From Gemmatimonadota bacterium (GTDB lineage: Bacteria > Gemmatimonadota > Gemmatimonadetes > Gemmatimonadales > GWC2-71-9): a DNA stretch of 57,751 bases. The position numbers and the translations under genes are program-made. This document shows, piece by piece, positions 1-6,891 of the stretch; position 1 is the first letter of the stretch, and each line of letters starts with the position of its first letter. The notes beneath the pieces are model-generated. The model worked only from the letters and a program-made list of their open reading frames with translations. It was not told the DNA's origin and did no database searches. Location of the stretch: positions 1-57,751 of the forward strand of contig JBDUEA010000001.1 of NCBI GenBank assembly GCA_040002695.1, in the 5' to 3' direction.

Positions 1-37
1 GGCAGGGCTGGCGGCGGCGGTGGGGGGGTGATGCCGG

Positions 38-174
38 GTGCTGAGTGCTGAGTACTGTACTGAGTGCTGAGTACTGAGTACTGAGTGACGGGGACGGGTT
101 GAAAGTTGAAAGTTGAAAGTTGAAGGTTGAAAGATGAAGTTTGAAGGTTGAAAGATGAAGGTTGAAGGTTGAAG
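38..174. repeat. Phased heptanucleotide tandem arrays: (GTGCTGA/GTACTGA) about 7 units at 38-91, then (GTTGAAA/GTTGAAG/GATGAAG) 11 units at 98-174
   Basis: Direct reading. Units are contiguous 7-mers, almost all starting with GT, with no spacers. The ORF 162..368 across them is a repeat translation. Confidence 0.9.
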
Positions 175-216
175 GTCGCGGAGCTCGGGTCGCTGAGAGC
201 GTGATCATCGCCCGCG

Positions 217-261
217 GCTCCCGCTCCCGCTCCCGCTCACTCTCACCGCTCACCGATCACC
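217..261. repeat. (GCTCCC)x3 followed by GCTCACC-type heptamers (GCTCACT, CTCACC, GCTCACC, GATCACC)
   Basis: Direct reading. The block ends 7 nt before the ATG at 269. GCTCACC is the reverse complement of a GGTGAGC/GTGAGCG unit seen elsewhere in the window. Confidence 0.85.
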
Positions 262-268
262 GAATCTT

Positions 269-1414
269 ATGCCTCCTCGCAATTCTCTCGAACGGCTCGT
301 CGGGCAGCTGCGGAGCGGCGGGGTGTCCCGCCGGGATTTCGTGCTGCGCTCCGCCGCGCTCGGGCTGAGCCTCGTCTCGATCGGTACCTTGCTCACCGCC
401 TGTGGCTCCGGCCAGAAGACCGGTGAGCAGGGCGGGGAACAGGCCGCCGGCGACCTCGGCCCGATGGAGAAGGAGCTGAGCATCTACAACTGGTCGGATT
501 ACATCGCACCTGACACAGTAGCGAACTTCGAAAAGGAATTCGGCGTCAAGGTCACGTACGATACATATGAGAGCAACGAGGAGATGGTCGCCAAGCTGCA
601 GGCGGGCGCCAGCGGCTACGACATCATCGCACCCTCGAGCTACATCGTCCCCGTGCTCCTCGCCACCGACCTCGTTACACCACTCAGCCGGAAGTACCTC
701 GCCAACTGGCCGAACATCGCGTCCATCTTCGTGAATCCGGTCTTTGATCCGGACAATGCGCACAGCGTGCCGTACCAGTGGGGCACCACCGGATTCGCGT
801 ACCGGAAGGACAAGCTGAGCGCCCACCCGGACAGCTGGGCCGTCTTTCTCGATCCGCAGTACCGGAACAAGATGACCCAGATGGACGACGAGCGGGACGT
901 GATCGGTTCGTGGCTCCGGTATCGCGGCCACTCGCTCAACTCGACGAACCCGCAGGAGCTTGCGGCCGCAAAGGCCGATGCGATCGCCTCCAAGCGGCTG
1001 CTCAAGGCCTACATCTCGGCGCCGGTCAAGGCGCAGCTGATCTCGGGAGATGTGTGGATTGCCCAGCTCTGGAATGGCGATACCGCACAGGCGAAGGTCG
1101 AGCAGCCGAACATCGAATACGTCGTCCCCAGGGAAGGCTGCACCATCTGGGCGGACAGTCTCATGGTCCCGCGCTCAGCTCCGCACAAACGCGCCGCGCA
1201 TGAATTCATGAACTACGTCCTGCGCCCCGAAGTCGGCGCGGCCATCTCCAACACCACGGGCTACGGCACTCCGAACGCCAAGGCGCTCGAGCTGATGAAA
1301 CATCCGGTGCCGTATCCGACTGCAGAAGAGTTCGCGAGGCTGGAATACCAGAAGGACCTGGGCAAGGACCTGGAGCCCTGGGATCAGATCTGGACGGAGA
1401 TCAAGAGCGCGTGA
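269..1414 (+). CDS. Spermidine/putrescine ABC-transporter substrate-binding lipoprotein (PotD/PotF family) with a twin-arginine signal
   Basis: 381-aa ORF. The N-terminus has SRRDFVLRSAALGLSLVSIGTLLTACGS (RR motif plus LTAC lipobox). The body is typical of the PotD/PotF family (YNWSDYI, QWGTTG, DVWIAQLWNGD). Confidence 0.85.
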   Translation: MPPRNSLERLVGQLRSGGVSRRDFVLRSAALGLSLVSIGTLLTACGSGQKTGEQGGEQAAGDLGPMEKELSIYNWSDYIAPDTVANFEKEFGVKVTYDTYESNEEMVAKLQAGASGYDIIAPSSYIVPVLLATDLVTPLSRKYLANWPNIASIFVNPVFDPDNAHSVPYQWGTTGFAYRKDKLSAHPDSWAVFLDPQYRNKMTQMDDERDVIGSWLRYRGHSLNSTNPQELAAAKADAIASKRLLKAYISAPVKAQLISGDVWIAQLWNGDTAQAKVEQPNIEYVVPREGCTIWADSLMVPRSAPHKRAAHEFMNYVLRPEVGAAISNTTGYGTPNAKALELMKHPVPYPTAEEFARLEYQKDLGKDLEPWDQIWTEIKSA

Positions 1415-1417
1415 GAT

Positions 1418-1509
1418 GGCGGAGAAGAGGGAGAGGACGGAGAGAATCGAGTGGTGAGATTGCCTTCAGTAGTTACCTCTCCGCCTTTTCCGCCCTCTCC
1501 GCCCTCCCC
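1418..1509. repeat. Imperfect inverted repeat of a purine-rich block (GGCGGAGAAGAGGGAGAGGACGGAGAGA) and a pyrimidine-rich nonamer-type block (CTCTCCGCCTTTTCCGCCCTCTCCGCCCTCCCC)
   Basis: Direct reading. About 20 of 27 positions are complementary (more with G-U pairs), separated by about 30 nt. The 3' arm ends 2 nt before the ATG at 1512. Confidence 0.75.
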
Positions 1510-1511
1510 GA

Positions 1512-2876
1512 ATGGAGCAACCATTGCGTCTGCCCGATGCCGAGGTCCTGAAACACACCCGGAGATACCTCTCGCTGCTCGAGGGAGGAGCGCTCTCCGT
1601 CGAGGAAAAGCACGCGTTCATCAGCGAGACCGTCGACAACTACGCCGAGTATTACAATCGCGGGTTCATTACCTACCGCAAGTCGGTGACCGAGGCGGGG
1701 CAGTTCGCTGCATTGGAGTGGTCGGGATCCGGCTCGATTCTCACCGATCTCCTCGGCCGCGAATACATCGACTGTCTCGGCGGCTATGGCATCTTCAGCG
1801 CCGGCGTGAACCATCCGAAGATCGTGAAGGCAGTCACCGAGCAGCTTCAGCGCATGGCCCTCAACAGTCAGGAACTGCTGGAGCCGTGGCGTGGCGCGCT
1901 GGCGCGCGTCATCGCCGAAGTCACACCAGGTGACCTGCAGAATTCCTTCTTCATCAACAACGGGACCGACGCGATCGAAGGCGCCATCAAGCTCGCGCGC
2001 CTCTATACCAGGCGACACACCTTCATTTCGACCCTGAGCGGATTCCACGGCAAGACGCTCGGCGCCCTTTCGCTGATGGGCAAGGCATCGTTCCGGGAAC
2101 CGTTTCAGCAGGGGCTGCAGGATGTTCATTTTGTCCCCTACGGTGATGCCGACGCGCTGGAGCAGGAGCTCAGCCGCGCTGAAGCGGTTGGCGTCCGGAT
2201 AGCAGGGGTGGTGCTCGAACCCGTGCAGGGAGAAGCGGGTGCCGTCGTACCGCCCGATGACTATTTCCCGCGGGCCCGCGCGTTGTGCACCCAACACGGT
2301 GCGCTGCTTATCGCCGACGAGATTCAGACCGGCATGGGCCGGACCGGCAAGCTCTGGGGCGTGGATCACTGGAATGTGGCGCCGGACATCATGTGCGTCG
2401 GCAAGTCGATCGGCGGCGGCGTGATGCCGCTCTCGGCGTTCATTTCCACAGCGAAGATCTGGGAAGTGATGATCCCCAACCCGATCATCCATTCCACCAC
2501 CTTCGGCGGCAATCCCCTGGCATGCGCGGCCGGACTCGCTGCCATGCAGGTTACGCTCGAGGAAGATCTTCCGGGGCAGGCCGCCACCAAGGGCGAGTTC
2601 CTGCTCCGCGAGCTTGCCGCGCTTCAGCGCAAGTATCCGCAGGTGCTCAAGGATGCGCATGGGAAGGGCCTGCTCATCGGGATGGAATTTCCGGTGCAGG
2701 AAATCGGCTGGAAGGTCGCCTCCGGCCTGTTCAAGCGCGGCGTGCTGGTCGCCGGTACCTACTCGAAGGCGCAAGTCATCCGTATCGAGCCCGCGCTGAA
2801 TATTCCAATGCACCTGCTGCAGGAGATGCTGAACCGGCTGGAAGATGCATTCAGGGAAACGGCCGAGGGCTTATGA
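1512..2876 (+). CDS. patA: Class III PLP aminotransferase, putrescine aminotransferase (PatA/YgjG) type
   Basis: 454-aa ORF, collinear by recall with E. coli YgjG. Shared motifs: IDCLGGYGIF, SQELLEP, EPVQGEAG, DEIQTGMGRTGK, GKSIGGGVMP, HSTTFGGNPLACAA, VIRIEP. Confidence 0.85.
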   Translation: MEQPLRLPDAEVLKHTRRYLSLLEGGALSVEEKHAFISETVDNYAEYYNRGFITYRKSVTEAGQFAALEWSGSGSILTDLLGREYIDCLGGYGIFSAGVNHPKIVKAVTEQLQRMALNSQELLEPWRGALARVIAEVTPGDLQNSFFINNGTDAIEGAIKLARLYTRRHTFISTLSGFHGKTLGALSLMGKASFREPFQQGLQDVHFVPYGDADALEQELSRAEAVGVRIAGVVLEPVQGEAGAVVPPDDYFPRARALCTQHGALLIADEIQTGMGRTGKLWGVDHWNVAPDIMCVGKSIGGGVMPLSAFISTAKIWEVMIPNPIIHSTTFGGNPLACAAGLAAMQVTLEEDLPGQAATKGEFLLRELAALQRKYPQVLKDAHGKGLLIGMEFPVQEIGWKVASGLFKRGVLVAGTYSKAQVIRIEPALNIPMHLLQEMLNRLEDAFRETAEGL

Positions 2877-2923
2877 ACCGCAGCCCGTAGCCCTCGCTGT
2901 TCCCGATCCCCCTCAAACCTCCC

Positions 2924-2958
2924 GCTCACCGCTCACCACTCGCCGCTCACCGCTCACC
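2924..2958. repeat. GCTCACC heptamer array (5 units, one degenerate)
   Basis: Direct reading. It fills the convergent gap and abuts the porin stop codon at 2958-2960. Confidence 0.85.
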
Positions 2959-4115
2959 TAATAGATGTACGACACCCCCAGCCCAAAACTCACCTGGTCC
3001 TTCTTCCCGCCGAATACCGGAAGGTTTGATCGATCGTAGCGGATCTCCGGACGCACGAGCGCATTCTCCCAGCTCCTGATGTTGAGCGTGACGGTGCCGC
3101 TGCCGAATTTGTGCGCGAGGTCTGCTGCTGGTGCGGTTCCTGTGAAGAAGCCGATCGAGCGCGCGCCCTGTTTATCGTCGACGTAGTCGCCGCGCAGTGC
3201 CACGCCGATCTTCGGCGTAATGTCCGACGTAAGCCACACACCGCCCGCCCACCATGACGCATCGTTGCCCGACGGAGCGGCGTGCTGCTCCTTGCCGGCA
3301 TCGAACTGCGCGGTCAACGCCACGCTGCCTGCCAGCTTCCGGCTCAGGAGTGCTTCACCACCGTAGCGCTGGTTCGAGCCGGACGGATCGATGGCGAGCG
3401 GCTGTTCCGGGCCCACGTAGCCGAGCACCGAGAAGCCGGTCTTCGCATCGGGCGTGAAGCCCAGGCGCCCCATGAAGGATTTTTTCGTGTTGTTGTCGGT
3501 CAGCAGGTCCCAGCCGTTGATCACGCGCACCTCGGCGTCCACTGTCGGGCCGAACTTGAGGTCCGAGCCGACACCGGTGTTCGTCGTGTTCTCGACGAAG
3601 ATGAACTGGTTGCCGATCGACAGGTTGGGATTGGCGACGTCTTCGATCACCTCGAGTCCCATCAGCGTCGGACTCTTGCCGGCCTTGAACTGGATGTAGC
3701 GGTCCTTGCCGGTAGGAACGTTGAGCGTCACGAGCGCCTGCGTCACGTCGCCGAGGGTGCCGAGTCCGAGGCCGCTCGCCTGGAAGGCCGTGCCGTTGGT
3801 GCCGAGCAACGCGTCGACCTGGAAGCCGGCGCTGAGCGAGCTGGTTTCGACGGGTTTTGCCAGCACGATCTTCGCGGCGTTGAACATGAACTGATCGTGT
3901 CGGGTGTCGTACAATCGCCCGGCGATCGTTCCACCGTTGTCGTTGGTTGAATACGTGTACGAGGCCGTCACGTACCCGCTGAGCTTGACTGGAAACGCGG
4001 CGGTTGTGGCGGTCGCCGCAACCGCAGCCGTGTCCGGCGACTGCGCATGGAGCAGGCGCGGAAGGCCGATCGACGCCAATGTTACGACGACCAGGGTAGC
4101 ACACCGGCGGATCAT
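2958..4115 (-). CDS. Outer-membrane beta-barrel porin (OmpL-like / porin-2 type)
   Basis: 385-aa ORF with signal peptide MIRRCATLVVVTLASIGLPRLLHAQ. It shows an alternating beta-strand pattern and a C-terminal GLGVSYIY aromatic end. AGGAG lies 5 nt upstream of the ATG. Confidence 0.8.
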   Translation of the reverse strand: MIRRCATLVVVTLASIGLPRLLHAQSPDTAAVAATATTAAFPVKLSGYVTASYTYSTNDNGGTIAGRLYDTRHDQFMFNAAKIVLAKPVETSSLSAGFQVDALLGTNGTAFQASGLGLGTLGDVTQALVTLNVPTGKDRYIQFKAGKSPTLMGLEVIEDVANPNLSIGNQFIFVENTTNTGVGSDLKFGPTVDAEVRVINGWDLLTDNNTKKSFMGRLGFTPDAKTGFSVLGYVGPEQPLAIDPSGSNQRYGGEALLSRKLAGSVALTAQFDAGKEQHAAPSGNDASWWAGGVWLTSDITPKIGVALRGDYVDDKQGARSIGFFTGTAPAADLAHKFGSGTVTLNIRSWENALVRPEIRYDRSNLPVFGGKKDQVSFGLGVSYIY

Positions 4116-4137
4116 GAGCGCTCCTGAGGAGGAAGTG

Positions 4138-4171
4138 AAAAAAAATCGGCCCGCTCCAAGCGAGCGGGCCG
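4138..4171 (-). terminator. Intrinsic-terminator-like hairpin plus U8 tract, on the same strand as the porin gene and immediately upstream of it
   Basis: On the minus strand: CGGCCCGCTC-GCTTG-GAGCGGGCCG (perfect 10-bp stem), then A and TTTTTTTT. The U tract ends 22 nt before the porin ATG at 4115. Confidence 0.7.
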
Positions 4172-4502
4172 CGGCGAAACGGAGATAAGAAACCGTCAGG
4201 CGCTAACGGACCGCTTTCTCACCGCAGGATGAGAATTGAGGAAAGGGTTCGAGTTTCGAGATGCGCGCATTCCGGTTCCAGCGATTACGAGGAGAGCACA
4301 GTAGGCATTGGAAAACATCGCGTCAACGAAAATTTGCGATCATTGCGAAATCCTCATTCCGATTCGTCGAATCCTTACATTTCTGTGATCTGGTCCGACG
4401 AATTTGTGCGCGTATTCGGGATTCGCGACGCGTTTCTCTGCTCTTCTGCATTCAGCATGCCGGGTTGCGCACCGCTGTACCAGCGCGCAACTTCCCCTTC
4501 AC

Positions 4503-5897
4503 ATGCACTCAGAATTCTCCGATGATCCTGCGTCCTCTTTCCTCGACCGCCTCGGTGAGCTTGTGCGCTCGCTTCGAGGCCGGCCGGCGGACCCGGGCAA
4601 CGAAGTACGCCTGCTCCACTCCCTGATGTCTTCCGCGCCAGAGGCTCCGGTAGTAATCGAAGCCGGCGTCGAGAATTCCTGGGACGAGGAGGAGCGCCTG
4701 AGCAGTCGGCTGCTCGCCCGCGGGGTGGACCTCGTGCGGATTTCGCCCGCCGCCAGGGGCGATGAGCTGCTGGCGCTCGCCCGCGCACTGGCGGATGATG
4801 TGCTCGCGGTGCCCAGCACGCCGATGGTGCAGGTGGAGATGGTGCCCGTCGCCCCTCCCCGCTCTGGCTCGGACAATGGCCGCGCCAGGCTCGGCGAACC
4901 CGCGCAGAACTTCTTCAGCCCGGTACTCGGCGAGGTGCGGTCCGCCGCGCGTTCGCAGGCGCCGGGAAGCACCGGTGCGGAGACGGCGCGGCTCGAGGCG
5001 GCAGTGGAGGATGCGGTGGCGCGCGCCTCGTGGGTGGAAGTCGCGCACATGGTCCAGGCGCTGATTCGTCTGCTTCCCGCCATCAGCGAGATGAACCGCC
5101 GTAGCCACGCCATCTCCATGCGCCGGCACCTCACCCGGCCGGTGCTCGAAGGACTCATCGAGACCGCCTTCCGTATTCCCGAGGAAGAGAAGCGCATCGG
5201 AGAAGTGCTTCGCTGGGCCGGCATCGGGGCCGGAGAGCTGATGCTCGAGATCATCCGGCATTCCGAGGCGGTCGGGCCACGGGCGTTCCTCTTCACGGCA
5301 CTGGGCGGCATGCCGGAGGCGTATTCCATCGTAATGCCGCTGCTCTCGAGTCCGTATTGGTACGAAGTGCGGCACGCCGCCGAGCTGCTGGGTCTCATGG
5401 GAGACCCGCGGGCGATCGACCACCTGAGCGCGCAGCTGCAACATCCCGATGAACGAGTTCGGCTCGCGGTGATCGAGGCTCTCAGCCGCTTTCCCGGGCG
5501 GTTCGTGGTCGAGCCGCTCCGGCAGGCGTTGTCTCATGCGTCGCCCGCGACACGCGCCCACGCGGGCCATGCGCTCGCTGCAAGGCGGAGCGGCGCCTTT
5601 GCGATGCCGCTCCTCGCTGCGCTTGAGGTGGAGAAGGATCAGACCGTCTGGCGCGAGCTGCTTCGAGCGCTCACCCGGATCGATGCGCCGGAAGCGATCC
5701 AGGCGCTCGTGCGGCTCGCGGTCGAGCGTCGCTCGCTGCTCCGCCGCGGAGGTCACACCGGGCCGCAACGTCTGCTAGTGGTGGAAATGCTGGCCGAGTC
5801 GGGAACACCACACGCCCGGCAGGCGCTGGAGCGGATTGAGGTGGAGGGAGATCCGGCGGTGAAAGAAGCGGCGGCGCGGGCGTTGGAAAGCAGGTAG
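4503..5897 (+). CDS. HEAT-repeat protein (function unknown)
   Basis: The C-terminal half has HEAT/PBS-lyase-like repeats (PRAIDHLSAQLQHPDERVRLAVIEALSRF; ATRAHAGHALAA; PEAIQALVRLA). I prefer the ATG at 4503 over the TTG at 4404; the start is uncertain. Confidence 0.6.
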   Translation: MHSEFSDDPASSFLDRLGELVRSLRGRPADPGNEVRLLHSLMSSAPEAPVVIEAGVENSWDEEERLSSRLLARGVDLVRISPAARGDELLALARALADDVLAVPSTPMVQVEMVPVAPPRSGSDNGRARLGEPAQNFFSPVLGEVRSAARSQAPGSTGAETARLEAAVEDAVARASWVEVAHMVQALIRLLPAISEMNRRSHAISMRRHLTRPVLEGLIETAFRIPEEEKRIGEVLRWAGIGAGELMLEIIRHSEAVGPRAFLFTALGGMPEAYSIVMPLLSSPYWYEVRHAAELLGLMGDPRAIDHLSAQLQHPDERVRLAVIEALSRFPGRFVVEPLRQALSHASPATRAHAGHALAARRSGAFAMPLLAALEVEKDQTVWRELLRALTRIDAPEAIQALVRLAVERRSLLRRGGHTGPQRLLVVEMLAESGTPHARQALERIEVEGDPAVKEAAARALESR

Positions 5898-5900
5898 CAG

Positions 5901-5976
5901 GTGGTGGGTGGTGGGTGGTAGGTGGTAGGTGGTGGGTGTTAGGTGTTAGGTGTTAGGTGTTAGGTCGTGGGTGTGA
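5901..5976. repeat. Heptamer tandem array GGTGGTG/GGTGGTA/GGTGTTA types, including (GTTAGGT)x4
   Basis: Direct reading. It starts 4 nt after the stop codon at 5895-5897. Confidence 0.9.
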
Positions 5977-6021
5977 GACCTCACGTGTATTGTCATCGAC
6001 GTTTCGGCGCAGCCGATTGTT

Positions 6022-6081
6022 CCGCCCTCTCCGCCCTCTCCGCCCTCTCCGCCCTCTCCGCCCTCTCCGCCCTCTCCGCTC
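6022..6081. repeat. Nonamer tandem array (CCGCCCTCT)x6 plus a degenerate unit
   Basis: Direct reading: six perfect 9-mers at 6022-6075. It abuts the stop codon of the minus-strand gene at 6082-6084. The ORFs 5946..6236 (GEGGEGG...) and 5957..6475 (LRPLRP...) are repeat translations. Confidence 0.95.
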
Positions 6082-6360
6082 CTACTTCTCACCATCCTTC
6101 GGCTTCGCCAGCAGGCGCTCGGTGAACGAGAGCCGCTCCTCGAGCTCGGCGACCCGGAGCTGGGCCTCCTCGAGGTCATCCAGTCGGTGCTGCACCTGTT
6201 CGATTTGGGTCGCCTGTTCGTTGCTGAGTTTGCCATGCTTGCCGTGCATCGAGGACGGCATGAGACGCATCATGACGCCGATGCCTGAGAAGAAGGCAAA
6301 GGTGATGAACCCGACTCCCATGGCCCACTCAGGCAGACCGAGCATCGGCGACCTCCGCAC
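6082..6360 (-). CDS. Small membrane protein with one TM segment and a coiled coil (PspB-like architecture)
   Basis: It has a TM segment (WAMGVGFITFAFFSGIGVMM) followed by LSNEQATQIEQVQHRLDDLEEAQLRVAELEERL. The PspB resemblance is in layout only. An alternative start lies at 6345. Confidence 0.5.
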   Translation of the reverse strand: MRRSPMLGLPEWAMGVGFITFAFFSGIGVMMRLMPSSMHGKHGKLSNEQATQIEQVQHRLDDLEEAQLRVAELEERLSFTERLLAKPKDGEK

Positions 6361-6368
6361 AACGGATC

Positions 6369-6827
6369 TTACATTTCATTCCAGGAAACCAGCGAACCCA
6401 CCGGCCGCATCCTCAGGAACGTCTGAAAATCGGGATGCCGCTCGACTGCGGCCGCAAAGGCGTCGAAATCCGTGAAGTCCGCGTCGGCCAGCTCGACGCG
6501 AGCCCGGGGCACGGTCGGCGTCGGCTGATACTCAAGGTCGCACACGATTTCGCGGACCGCCTCGAGTTCGCCATCGGCATCGGAGATGGCAAGCTCGCGG
6601 ACGAAGGTGACGTGGATGAGCGCATCCGCCGGGTCCGGCATGCCGATGTGCACGTAGACCGCTTCGCCGTCACACAGCGCCTGCTGGCGGGCGAATTCCT
6701 TGAACACCCGCCACGCCCCCGCCGGCTCCAGTCTATCCGGATCGAGCCCCGCTGCTTTCAATGCTTCTTCCAGCGCCGGCCCCGCGTCATTGAGCCCCAG
6801 CATCAGCCACTCAGCGGAAGAATCCAT
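6369..6827 (-). CDS. Hypothetical protein (152 aa, acidic)
   Basis: The ORF is in line with neighbouring minus-strand genes, with a 9-nt gap to the downstream gene. I recognise no family. Confidence 0.5.
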   Translation of the reverse strand: MDSSAEWLMLGLNDAGPALEEALKAAGLDPDRLEPAGAWRVFKEFARQQALCDGEAVYVHIGMPDPADALIHVTFVRELAISDADGELEAVREIVCDLEYQPTPTVPRARVELADADFTDFDAFAAAVERHPDFQTFLRMRPVGSLVSWNEM

Positions 6828-6841
6828 TTTATTGCATCCAA

Positions 6842-6886
6842 CTCTCTCCTCTCCTCCCGCTCACCCCTCACCGCTCACCGCTCACC
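6842..6886. repeat. Pyrimidine tract followed by a GCTCACC/CCTCACC heptamer array (4 units)
   Basis: Direct reading. It occupies almost the whole 64-nt gap between two co-oriented minus-strand genes. Confidence 0.85.
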
Positions 6887-6891
6887 GCAGT

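Noticed and set aside
38-6081. Possibility that the repeat arrays (38-261, 5901-6081, also 14143-14196, 46088-46157, 49063-49176, 57520-57622) are CRISPR arrays
   Set aside because: The units are 6-9 nt (or 27 nt) and directly contiguous, without unique spacers of 25-40 nt. No cas genes are in the window.
5946-6475. ORFs translating the tandem arrays (GEGGEGGEGG... on minus, LRPLRPLRP... on plus). ORF 162..368 across the heptamers is the same kind of artefact.
   Set aside because: The periodic peptides are a direct consequence of 9-nt or 7-nt DNA repeats in intergenic gaps. No start context is present, and the flanking parts overlap real genes.
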